From Nitrospirota bacterium (lineage in GTDB: Bacteria; Nitrospirota; UBA9217), in the NCBI GenBank assembly GCA_963663225.1, contig OY760142.1, positions 1,952,001-2,016,000 on the forward strand: a stretch of DNA of 64,000 nt, read 5' to 3'. The first letter of the stretch is position 1, and each line of letters opens with the position of its first letter. This document shows, piece after piece, positions 49,409 to 58,071 of the stretch. Made by a program: the position numbers and the translations under genes. The notes below the pieces were generated by a model that saw only the letters and a list, made by a program, of their open reading frames with translations, made no database searches and was not told the DNA's origin.

Positions 49409-50002
49409 ATGCCTCGGGTCCGTTTAGAAAAACAACTTCGATTTATGGTGGAACTGGACAAGCTTAAACGTATCGTTCGTCATACCAGGCTTACCGATCA
49501 TTCCCGCCTGGAGAATGACGCCGAACACTCCTGGCATATGGCTGTTTACGCGTCATGGATGGCGGAATATGCAACAGAGAAAATGGACGTGCTGCGGGCG
49601 GTAAAGATGTGTCTCATCCACGATGTTGTTGAAATTGATGCAGGGGACGCATACGCATACGATGCTGCTGCCAATGTGGGCAAAGCCGAGCGTGAGCGCA
49701 AAGCCGCAGAGCGAATTTTTCACCTGCTGCCGGAAGACCAGTATCTTGAGATTCGATCCCTCTGGGAGGACTTTGAGGAAATGAAGTCTCCCGAAGCGAG
49801 GTTTGCCGCGGCTCTTGACCGGCTTCAGAGCGTTCTGAACAACTACCATGCCGGCGGCGTTATCTGGAAAGAACATGGCATAAAAGAGAGCCAGATCCAG
49901 TCGCGGATCGGGCCGGTGCGGAGCATCACTCCCGCTCTCTGGGAGTATTTACAAGAAATCGTGACGGACGGTGTTCGCCGGGGGTGGATTGCGCCAGGGT
50001 AA
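49409..50002 (+). CDS. HD domain phosphohydrolase (HDDC2/YfbR-like)
   Basis: ENDAEHSWH, IHDVVEIDAGD, DRLQ. Confidence 0.9.
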   Translation: MPRVRLEKQLRFMVELDKLKRIVRHTRLTDHSRLENDAEHSWHMAVYASWMAEYATEKMDVLRAVKMCLIHDVVEIDAGDAYAYDAAANVGKAERERKAAERIFHLLPEDQYLEIRSLWEDFEEMKSPEARFAAALDRLQSVLNNYHAGGVIWKEHGIKESQIQSRIGPVRSITPALWEYLQEIVTDGVRRGWIAPG

Positions 50003-50017
50003 GAGCCGTCCTGCTTT

Positions 50018-50689
50018 TTACCTGGAGCCGGTTCTTTTGTCGTCGAATGACAGGGCCTGTTTCGGGCAGGCCACCACGCAGGTTCCGCATTTGATGCAGT
50101 CGTTGTCACGAACTACGCCAAACTCCCTGTCTGATGAGGGCGCAAGCTGCATTGGACAGGTTTTATCGCAAGCCTTGCAGGAAATACAGCTTGCCTGTAT
50201 TCTGAGCGGCTCCTTTCCATCTGAAAGCCAGTTTGCAATGGTCCCCATGGGGCATATATGGCACCACGTCCGGGGATGTATGGCGATACCGAGAACAATT
50301 CCGACTGTGGTTGTTACCGTGAGAATTATGACGAATGCCCTCCCTATGTTGTCAACATGCGGCCAGGCAAAAAAGATTTGCATGCCGAGCACTGAAAAGA
50401 GCAGGGCAATGACCGCGATGCGGGCACCGGTTGAACGGAAAAAGGGCGGTATCGTGCGCTTGCTGCTCAACCGGTCAAGGAAGAGATCGTAAAAACTTCC
50501 CCGCGGACACATCCAGTCGCACCATGCCCGCCCGCGATACGCGGCAATACCGAGTGCCCCCGCCATGCATCCCAGCAGCAGAAATCCTAGTTTGGGATAG
50601 AACCAACCGCCGATAACAACGAGGGGCAGGCCGAACCAGGTGTAATGTTGAAAGTTTTTTCTTTTTTGTCTGAACTCTGCAAGGGTCAT
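50018..50689 (-). CDS. Membrane-bound 4Fe-4S binding protein (NapH/YccM-like)
   Basis: Two CxxxCP motifs, TM helices, two CxxCxxCxxxCP ferredoxin motifs. Confidence 0.9.
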   Translation of the reverse strand: MTLAEFRQKRKNFQHYTWFGLPLVVIGGWFYPKLGFLLLGCMAGALGIAAYRGRAWCDWMCPRGSFYDLFLDRLSSKRTIPPFFRSTGARIAVIALLFSVLGMQIFFAWPHVDNIGRAFVIILTVTTTVGIVLGIAIHPRTWCHICPMGTIANWLSDGKEPLRIQASCISCKACDKTCPMQLAPSSDREFGVVRDNDCIKCGTCVVACPKQALSFDDKRTGSR

Positions 50690-51087
50690 TTTTTTCTACT
50701 CCGTTGTTTTTTTTGCATGTACGCGAGAAACGTTTCCATGTCGCATTTTCCCGTTTTTTTCTGAAATTCAGTGCATTCACCAAGAGACTGCAAGTCGTTT
50801 TTAAAGACGTCGCTATTCTGAAGTTCCTCGCGCAGGAGCGCGAGCAATCGCGCCTGCAGGCGGGGAAGTTTTTTCTTGATGCGGTAAAACGTCATTTTCC
50901 CCTCTCTGCGGTCATCGAGGAATCCGGCCTTGTAAAGAAGGGAAAGGTTCCTGGAAACAAGCGGTTGGATCATGCCGAGCGCACCCATGATCTGGCAGAC
51001 GCAGAGTTCTTTCTGGGAAAGGAGCAGCAGAATCCGCATCCGCGACGTATCCGCGAGGAGCTTGAATATATCGGAGGCAAGACGCAT
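50686..51087 (-). CDS. ArsR/SmtB family regulator with ELCVC motif
   Basis: FKLLAD.SRMRIL, ELCVCQI, VSRNL and an extra C-terminal Cys pair. Overlaps the downstream gene by ATGA. Confidence 0.9.
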   Translation of the reverse strand: MRLASDIFKLLADTSRMRILLLLSQKELCVCQIMGALGMIQPLVSRNLSLLYKAGFLDDRREGKMTFYRIKKKLPRLQARLLALLREELQNSDVFKNDLQSLGECTEFQKKTGKCDMETFLAYMQKKQRSRKK

Positions 51088-51090
51088 TAA

Positions 51091-51122
51091 CATATATATA
51101 TACAATTATATGAAAAAGTCAA
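51091..51122 (-). promoter_or_regulatory. Candidate promoter and ArsR operator
   Basis: TTGACT on the minus strand, followed by the AT-rich inverted repeat CATATA-N10-TATATG next to the start codon. Confidence 0.45.
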
Positions 51123-51195
51123 GGGGTTTTCAGCAAAATAATTTGCTTTTCGCGGCATAATCGCTATAATAATTCCGGAGACTACTCATTTTCCT

Positions 51196-52005
51196 ATGAA
51201 AATCGCCGGTATACAAGTCAGCGCCGGTCCCGATGTGGACCGAAATATCGAACGCGCGTTGGAAATGGCCGAGGTGGCAATCGAAAAGAACGCCAGGACC
51301 ATCTGCTACCCCGAGTTGTTTCTAACCGCATGGTTTCCACGGACGGAAGACCCCTCCTGCATATCCTGGGCGCGTCATGCCGCATGCGAAACCCTGACGC
51401 CGTTTCGTGCATTTTCGAAAGAAAAAAACGCTGTTTTGATCGTTCCTTTTTTTGAATATTCTGAAAACAAGTACTATAACAGCGCGGCAGTTTTTGATTC
51501 AGGCGCGCTTCTGGGGACATACCGGAAGCTGCATATCCCCAATCTCTCTCTCTACCGGGAGCAGTTCTATTTTTCCCCCGGCGACATGGGGTTCCCGGTT
51601 TTTGCAACCTCCCAGGGCAGAATCGGGGTCCAGCTCTGCTGGGACAACCTGTTTCCCGAAGGCACCCGCATTCTTGCATTGAAGGGCGCTGATTTTATTT
51701 TTGCGCCCACCGCTGCGTCGGTAAGCACGCATACCCTGTGGGAACGGGCCATCTGCGCGAATGCTTTTGCCAACAATACGTTCATTTTCCGGGTCAATCG
51801 GGTAGGGAAGGAAGAAGGCATCTCCTTTTACGGCAGAAGCTTCTGCGTGAACCCCTGGGGAGAAATGACCTCGGAGCTCGCCGGCAGCAAAGATGCGATC
51901 GTGATTGCGGACATCGACCTTGCGGATCGCGACGCGGCGGCCGAGACCTGGGGCTTTCTGAAGAAGCGCCGTCCCCGGGAATACGGCGATCTGGTTCAGG
52001 AATAA
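51196..52005 (+). CDS. Carbon-nitrogen hydrolase (N-carbamoylputrescine amidase/beta-ureidopropionase-like)
   Basis: Catalytic Glu-Lys-Cys triad in YPEL, YRKLHIP and LCWD. EQFYFSPGD. Confidence 0.9.
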   Translation: MKIAGIQVSAGPDVDRNIERALEMAEVAIEKNARTICYPELFLTAWFPRTEDPSCISWARHAACETLTPFRAFSKEKNAVLIVPFFEYSENKYYNSAAVFDSGALLGTYRKLHIPNLSLYREQFYFSPGDMGFPVFATSQGRIGVQLCWDNLFPEGTRILALKGADFIFAPTAASVSTHTLWERAICANAFANNTFIFRVNRVGKEEGISFYGRSFCVNPWGEMTSELAGSKDAIVIADIDLADRDAAAETWGFLKKRRPREYGDLVQE

Positions 52006-52166
52006 CAAGGTACGACGACCTTCCGGCTTCCCGCGTGTTTTTTTTCGATGATGGCACCTTTCCTTTCTGTGTTTGATTTTTGCCGAGCGCATTATTTTGC
52101 CACAATAAACGCCTTCCTTTTTTTTAGCATCACCAGACACGAAATAAAATTCAAGGGAGCTCATTC

Positions 52167-53195
52167 ATGAAGGCAATGGTTTTGAAAAAACTCTCTTCTA
52201 CTTTTGAAAACAATGGTCCTCTCGAATTTGTCCATATGCCTGTTCCGTCCCCCCGGAAAAACGAGATTCTGTTAAAAGTTTCAGCCTGCGGGGTATGTCA
52301 CACCGAGCTGGATGAAATTGAAGGTCGGACTCCGCCCGCTGTACTGCCGATGATACTCGGCCACCAGATTGTCGGACGCGTCCAGGAATCGGGAGCAGGA
52401 GCGCGCAGGTTTAAGAACGGGGAACGGGTGGGAATTGCCTGGATACATTCAGCCTGTGGAACATGCAAATTCTGCCTCGAAGGACGGGAAAACCTTTGCC
52501 GTGATTTTAAGGCCACCGGCAGGGACGCTTGCGGCGGATATGCAGAGTATACTACCGTTCCGGAGCGCTATGCGTACGCAATACCTGAAGGTTTTTCGGA
52601 CTCACAAGCCGCACCGCTGCTGTGTGCTGGTGCAGTAGGGTACCGGTCTTTGAATCTGACAGGAATCCGTGATGGAGAAAAGATCGGGCTGACCGGTTTT
52701 GGCGCTTCCGGCCATCTGGTTCTTAAAATGATACAGCATGAATTTTCGAACACCAGCGTGTATGTTTTTTCCCGGACCGAGGCAGAACAGCAATTTGCTA
52801 AAGAACTCGGAGCGGTCTGGGCGGGCAGCCCGGAAGAAGAGACCCCGGAAAAGCTGAAAGCGATCATAGACACGACACCCGCGTGGCGACCGGTTGTTGC
52901 GGCGCTGAAGAATCTCGAACCCGGCGGCAGGCTGGTCATCAATGCAATCCGCAAGGAGGAAACTGACAAAGACGCCCTGCTTGCTCTCAATTACCAGCGC
53001 GATCTCTGGATGGAAAAGGAAATCAAAAGCGTGGCAAATATCACGCGAAAAGACGTAGAAGAATTTTTGAAACTGGCTGCGGCAATTCCAATCAAACCGG
53101 AAATTCAGGAGTACCGGCTTGAGGATGCAAATATTGCGTTGCGTGAACTAAAACAACGAAAAATCCGGGGCGCAAAAGTATTGCTCATTGCATAA
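52167..53195 (+). CDS. Zinc-binding alcohol dehydrogenase family protein
   Basis: CGVCHT, GHQIVG, CGTCKFC..G.ENLC, PLLCAG, GFGASG. Confidence 0.92.
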   Translation: MKAMVLKKLSSTFENNGPLEFVHMPVPSPRKNEILLKVSACGVCHTELDEIEGRTPPAVLPMILGHQIVGRVQESGAGARRFKNGERVGIAWIHSACGTCKFCLEGRENLCRDFKATGRDACGGYAEYTTVPERYAYAIPEGFSDSQAAPLLCAGAVGYRSLNLTGIRDGEKIGLTGFGASGHLVLKMIQHEFSNTSVYVFSRTEAEQQFAKELGAVWAGSPEEETPEKLKAIIDTTPAWRPVVAALKNLEPGGRLVINAIRKEETDKDALLALNYQRDLWMEKEIKSVANITRKDVEEFLKLAAAIPIKPEIQEYRLEDANIALRELKQRKIRGAKVLLIA

Positions 53196-53244
53196 GGGGT
53201 ATTCTACCTGCAGATATGGTCGGTGCACCTGCTGCTTGATGGTC

Positions 53245-53433
53245 TCAAGGACACTGATTGTTTATAAAACAGTAGGGATCTCTGTCTTCAAAGATATTCA
53301 GATTATGGCTGTATGCACTGGCTAAGCACCCTCCACATACCGGGTGCATAGTGCAGGACCTGCATGCAGCACTGCCTGAACGATACTTTCTGGCCTGTTC
53401 AGAATCGTAAATATCGGCAAGAGTCTGTTTCAA
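53245..53433 (-). pseudogene. C-terminal SPASM-domain fragment of a radical SAM protein
   Basis: LADIYDS...CRSC-x5-CGGC...DPYC. The frame is closed upstream and no CxxxCxxC radical SAM domain is present. Confidence 0.65.
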
Positions 53434-53494
53434 ATTGACCGGAAACTCTGGTCCCAGCGGACATGTATTGACGCGTCGTGTAATTATTCATACC

Positions 53495-54316
53495 TCAAGG
53501 AAGGATCTTGTTGATGTCTTTTTCCGCATAGTTTTCCCGGCGCCACCGGTACGGTAAATCTATGATGGCGCCCGGATTACGTATCTCGTGCAACGCGCGG
53601 AAAGCTTCAGCAAGAATGACGCGATGTTGTGCAGGCTTGAACGGCTCACCGAGCGGATGTCCGAAAGGCCATCTGACAAAAACGGTTCGCGGAGGCTTGA
53701 CTGCTTCGGAATATTTACGGACAATCGAGATGCCTATCGTCGGGATGCCGGCTTTTTCTATCACCCGCTGTATCAGTCCGACGGACTGATTACAAATGCC
53801 TCAGGCGGGAGTCAACAGAACAACATCCACGCTGTCCGCCTTTAGTTTTTGAGCTATTTCAGGTGCGCTCGTCCTTGTCAGAGTCTGGATGTGGCGGCCG
53901 GTGATATGACCCATAAAACCATAGTGAGTGTCTGCTATTCGGCCAATGAGCCCTTCCTGCTCGAATTCTTTCAATCGTTCAAGTGGAAACACGATGTTGA
54001 TGTCTTTGTCGGCATCAGCGTGGTCATAATAATCGTGCGTGATCTTGAGACTGGAAAGGGGTCTCCTTGCATCGAGGGCTCTGTAGGAAGGGTCTCCATC
54101 ATGGTCTGACATATTGAAAGGTTCCTGGTCAATATGCTGTACACCGGACGTCGTTACAATAGCTATTTTTGAACTTTTAAGGCTTTTTATAACGGGAGTC
54201 CAGGGGATATCAAGCGAAGTCAATGGATCGTAAGCGTCTATGAATTTTTTCGCCAGCGATGGGAACCGAGTAATTACTTTTGCGATGAGTTGATTTTTAA
54301 GTCTCGCAAAGTCCAT
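53495..54316 (-). CDS. Glycine/sarcosine/betaine/D-proline reductase selenoprotein B family protein (PrdB-like, 273 aa, UxxC)
   Basis: AIVTTSG, GDPSYR, D.DINIVFPLERL, VLLTPA-TGA-GICNQSVGLIQRVIEKAGIPTI...KPPR...FGHPLG. In-frame TGA at 53801-53803. GGAGGT RBS. Confidence 0.88.
53769..53794 (-). promoter_or_regulatory. Candidate bacterial SECIS element
   Basis: TGT-A-ATCAGTCC-GTC-GGACTGAT-ACA. The perfect 8-bp stem starts 10 nt after the UGA. Confidence 0.72.
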
Positions 54317-54419
54317 GTTTGGACCTCCAATGGAAAAGGTTTTTAAATCCAAAAATTCCACCAAAATGCCGGATGCTGTGCTGGGCCAATGTTTGCTCTC
54401 TGCGCCTGCTCCTGCGAAG

Positions 54420-55427
54420 TTATCTTCGCTCCGACCGTCCGCCTCCGTGCGGACTGCTGCCCTCTCTTCCTCCGCCCGGGAATCCACCTTCACGGCCTCC
54501 GCCGGGAGCCGGAGTAAATGTTTTCCCTTCTCTGCTCATACCGCCAGACGGACCGCCCTGCCTGCTACTTTCAGGAACAGGGGTGAACGTTTTATCTCTG
54601 CCTGTCAATTCACGTTCCCGGAAACCTCGAAAAACTGCATTGCTGCCTCCACGAGCACCGGTGATGATAAAGCGCTTTGACTTCTGCGGTACGCCTATTC
54701 CGCCATACGTTCGTCCATTGAACCTTTTAATCGGATCTATTCTGAAGACCCTGTTTGCGCGACGATCAACGAAGTGGTTTGAAATGATTTCCACCCGCCC
54801 GTGTACATGGACGACTCTGTGAAAATCAACCAGAATAAAATATCCGGGAAACCAGAAATCCCACCACCAGAAAGGATAGGGAATCCACGTATAAAGATAG
54901 AAATAATCCGGCGGCGGAGCGTAGTAGGTTACTATTGGCGGGCCCTGTTCAGCATAGTAGTTATTCACCACGGTAGTTCCTTCAGAATTGTCATAGTGCG
55001 GGCTTGTCTGAGCAGTTTGCCCAGGAGGCGTTCCTTGTTTTACTGCAAGGCTTAGTCCTGTTGTAACTTTCTGGAATCCCCGCAATGCCTCGTCTTTTCC
55101 GATATCCAGCCGATTTGCATCTGCAGCGTCTACAACAGATTGCCTCAACTCTCCGATGATGTCGGGTGTAACCGGGTAATCTGCAATCCATCCGTTTCTG
55201 GGGGCAATGCCTACGTCTGCCAGCCTGTTTTCGGCTTCGGTTTCATTTGCCGCTGTTGGGAGATTAAGCGCTTCAACCAGCTTGAGTGCAAGATCTCCTT
55301 CACGCACCAGGGGTTGGGCTATCGGAGGTTTTATCTCAGCAGGCTGCATCGGCTGGGCATATGTTCCTGCGGGTATTAAACACAAAACAGCAAAAGTTAT
55401 GAGTAAACGTTCAAACGACTTTTTCAT
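54420..55427 (-). CDS. Hypothetical secreted protein with an aromatic/Pro-rich core and a Gly/Arg-rich tail
   Basis: GAGGTG RBS, signal peptide ending AYA-like (TYA), YYAPPPDYFYLYTWIPYPFWWW segment, low-complexity C-terminus. Confidence 0.75.
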   Translation of the reverse strand: MKKSFERLLITFAVLCLIPAGTYAQPMQPAEIKPPIAQPLVREGDLALKLVEALNLPTAANETEAENRLADVGIAPRNGWIADYPVTPDIIGELRQSVVDAADANRLDIGKDEALRGFQKVTTGLSLAVKQGTPPGQTAQTSPHYDNSEGTTVVNNYYAEQGPPIVTYYAPPPDYFYLYTWIPYPFWWWDFWFPGYFILVDFHRVVHVHGRVEIISNHFVDRRANRVFRIDPIKRFNGRTYGGIGVPQKSKRFIITGARGGSNAVFRGFRERELTGRDKTFTPVPESSRQGGPSGGMSREGKTFTPAPGGGREGGFPGGGREGSSPHGGGRSERR

Positions 55428-55763
55428 GTGCCACCTCGGAGTCGAATTATTTGAATCTTTGGTATCATAAGGCATTTTTCTGTGTTTATGAGCCTGTTAT
55501 TTTTATAGCACTTGCCGCAAATCCTGTCAATTTGCTCACGATAAAATAATAATTATGAAATTAATATATCGAAAAAGCGGCATGACAAGGAAGTAACGAA
55601 ATAGATAAGCAGACATCAACGGTTTGTTCTGAATGCAGATGGCGATATCGTTAAGTGGATTAATATTTGTCTACTTCTTTAAAGCAGAATATTCCAGGAT
55701 GATGTATATTATTATAAGCATAAAAATGTTTAAAAATATTATTTATGCATGCCGAAAAAGGGC

Positions 55764-55819
55764 TTGACAGGGTTGTCATTTTATCATAGTATTTTACCGC
55801 AACAGATAAGATATCTTAT
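55764..55819 (+). promoter_or_regulatory. Candidate sigma70 promoter and palindromic operator of the liv-larA operon
   Basis: TTGACA-17 nt-TAGTAT. Perfect palindrome ATAAGATATCTTAT at 55806-55819. Confidence 0.55.
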
Positions 55820-55865
55820 GACAGATTTATTGTGTTTAAAAATAGAGAGAAGGAGGAAAGTTGAG

Positions 55866-57140
55866 ATGGCACAAAAGGGTTTTATAAAAGTATTCTTGAG
55901 TGTTGTATCACTGGTGCTGCTTCTTGGTTTCTCGGTGTCTGCACAGGCACAGCAGAAAGTCATCAAAATTGGTGCTGTTTATCCTTTAACCGGCAATATT
56001 GCCTCAACAGGTCTGGACAATAAGAGGGGTGTTGATCTAGCAGTAGATATCATTAATGGCAAGTATGATCTTGACCTCCCCCTGGCAAAAAGCGAAGGTC
56101 TACCGAATCTTGGCGGTGCAAAGATCGAAATTGTTTATGCCGACACCAAGGGCGACCCCAAAAACGGCATGTCTGAGACCGAACGTCTTATTACCCAGGA
56201 AAAGGTTGTCGGTATAATCGGCGCTTACCAGAGTTCCGTGACAAAGACAGCCAGCCAGGTAACAGAAAGGCTGAAGATTCCGTATGTTTGCTCGGATTCC
56301 TCTTCTCCTACCTTGACGGAAAGAGGGTTTAAGTATTTCTTCAGGGTAAGCCCTCATGATGCGATTTTTGCTCATGACCAATTCCAATTCCTGAAAGACC
56401 TCGAAAAGAAAACCGGACAAAAAGTTAAAACCATTGCCCTGCTTTATGAGAACACAGAGTTCGGCGCCAATGTGGGCAAGGCCGAGAAAAAGTATGCTGA
56501 GCAGTATGGATACAAGGTCGTTGCCGACGTGACCTATGCTGCGAACGCGACTGACGTGACGAGCGAGGTCGGCAGACTGATGAGCAGCAACCCGGACGTT
56601 TTACTGCATGCTTCCTATATTACCGATGCCATTCTGTTTACCAAGACCTTTAAGGAAAGAGGGTTCCAACCGAAAGGCATCCTGACGATGGCGGGTTATA
56701 TCGAACCGGGTTATCTTCCGGCAATCAAGGCAGACGGGAATAATATTATGGTAAGATCCACCTTCGCCCTTGATCTTGCAAAAAAGAAGAAACTTGTTGC
56801 CCAGGTCAACCAATTGTTTAAAAAGAAATACGGCATAGATATGAGCGAAAATGCTGCCAGAAGCTTCATGGCACCCTTTGTCCTTGCAGAAGCCATCAAC
56901 CGGGCTAAGACAACGGAAGCAGAAGCCGTGGTAAATGCGCTCCTTGCGACCAATATCCCCGGCAAGCAGATCATCTATCCCTGGAAGGGAATAAAATTTG
57001 ACCCCCAGTCACACCAGAATATTTACGCACAGGGAACACTGGTGCAGATTCTGAATCAGGAATATGTGACGGTATGGCCGTTTGATGCGGCGGCCAAGCA
57101 AGTTGTATGGCCTTTCCCGGCATGGAAAGGCAGAAAGTAG
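55866..57140 (+). CDS. HAAT (Liv-type) ABC transporter substrate-binding protein
   Basis: Signal peptide, IKIGAVYPLTG, GAYQSSVT, YFFRVSP. AGGAGG RBS. Confidence 0.92.
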   Translation: MAQKGFIKVFLSVVSLVLLLGFSVSAQAQQKVIKIGAVYPLTGNIASTGLDNKRGVDLAVDIINGKYDLDLPLAKSEGLPNLGGAKIEIVYADTKGDPKNGMSETERLITQEKVVGIIGAYQSSVTKTASQVTERLKIPYVCSDSSSPTLTERGFKYFFRVSPHDAIFAHDQFQFLKDLEKKTGQKVKTIALLYENTEFGANVGKAEKKYAEQYGYKVVADVTYAANATDVTSEVGRLMSSNPDVLLHASYITDAILFTKTFKERGFQPKGILTMAGYIEPGYLPAIKADGNNIMVRSTFALDLAKKKKLVAQVNQLFKKKYGIDMSENAARSFMAPFVLAEAINRAKTTEAEAVVNALLATNIPGKQIIYPWKGIKFDPQSHQNIYAQGTLVQILNQEYVTVWPFDAAAKQVVWPFPAWKGRK

Positions 57141-57155
57141 AATGTTCCTTGTGGT

Positions 57156-57186
57156 CGGCAGCAGGACGGATATCCTCCTGCTGCCG
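57156..57186 (+). other. Intercistronic stem-loop (probable mRNA stabiliser or attenuator after the SBP gene)
   Basis: CGGCAGCAGGA/TCCTGCTGCCG 11-bp stem with no U-tract. Confidence 0.55.
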
Positions 57187-57207
57187 GACCGCAGATGAGG
57201 TTGATAT

Positions 57208-58068
57208 ATGTCTAATGAATTATTGCAGCAACTTATAAACGGTTTACTGATCGGATTCATGTATGCGCTGATAGCCATCGGGCTGACTCTTGTCTGGGGC
57301 GTCATGAATATCGTGAATTTTGCCCATGGCGACTTCCTTATGGTCGGGATGTTCTCCTCTTTCTGGCTCTTTACTTTGTATGCAATCGATCCCATTTTTT
57401 CTATTCCGATATGTTTTCTGCTCATGTTTTTGCTTGGGGTAGGCATTTATCGATTTATTGTGAGCAAAGTAATGAAAGGCCCCATGCTGGCGCAGGTGGT
57501 TGTCACCTTCGGAGTGAGTATTTTTGTCGCGAATCTGGCTGTTTATTTCTGGACCCCGGATTTCCGGCTTCTGCCCGCGACGATTCTTCAGGGAACATGG
57601 ACTCTCGGGGATATCGACTTCAGTGTTCCGAAAACCGTTTCCGCCATCGGGAGCATCGTTACTTCTTTCTGCGTTTATCTTTTTTTGAAGAAGACGAAAA
57701 TGGGAAAGGCAATTCTGGCAACGGAAATGGACCGCGAGGCGGCTTTGCTCATGGGAATCAACACGGAACGTATTAACTCGATTTCCTTCGGACTCGGGTT
57801 GGCGCTCGTGGGTGTTGCCGGTGCGTTTCTTTCCACATATTATTACATCTACCCGCAGGTGGGAGGGCAGTTCGGAACTCTCGCGTTTTGCATCGTTGCA
57901 CTGGGCGGTTTCGGCAGTATCGGGGGGGCATTCATTGCCGGGATACTGGTAGGTCTGGTTCAGACGCTGGGAGGGTTCTTTTTCGATCCAGCGTACAAAT
58001 ACGCTATTGTGTTTATGATCTATCTTATTACAATGTGGATAAGACCGCAAGGTCTTATGGGGTGGTAA
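57208..58068 (+). CDS. livH: Branched-chain amino acid-type ABC permease
   Basis: YALIAIGLTLVWG...NFAHG, GKAILA, ALGGFGS, RPQGL. Confidence 0.9.
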   Translation: MSNELLQQLINGLLIGFMYALIAIGLTLVWGVMNIVNFAHGDFLMVGMFSSFWLFTLYAIDPIFSIPICFLLMFLLGVGIYRFIVSKVMKGPMLAQVVVTFGVSIFVANLAVYFWTPDFRLLPATILQGTWTLGDIDFSVPKTVSAIGSIVTSFCVYLFLKKTKMGKAILATEMDREAALLMGINTERINSISFGLGLALVGVAGAFLSTYYYIYPQVGGQFGTLAFCIVALGGFGSIGGAFIAGILVGLVQTLGGFFFDPAYKYAIVFMIYLITMWIRPQGLMGW

Positions 58069-58071
58069 CGT

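Noticed and set aside
50018-50689. HgcA/HgcB (mercury methylation) interpretation of the ArsR-linked ferredoxin
   Set aside because: No corrinoid cap-helix motif (N(V/I)WCA) and no hgcA gene. The architecture is NapH/YccM-like.
53801-54493. ORF-track 230-aa and 89-aa proteins (53801-54493, 53495-53764) as separate genes
   Set aside because: Better explained as one UGA-readthrough gene starting at ATG 54316. The 5' extension overlaps the upstream gene.
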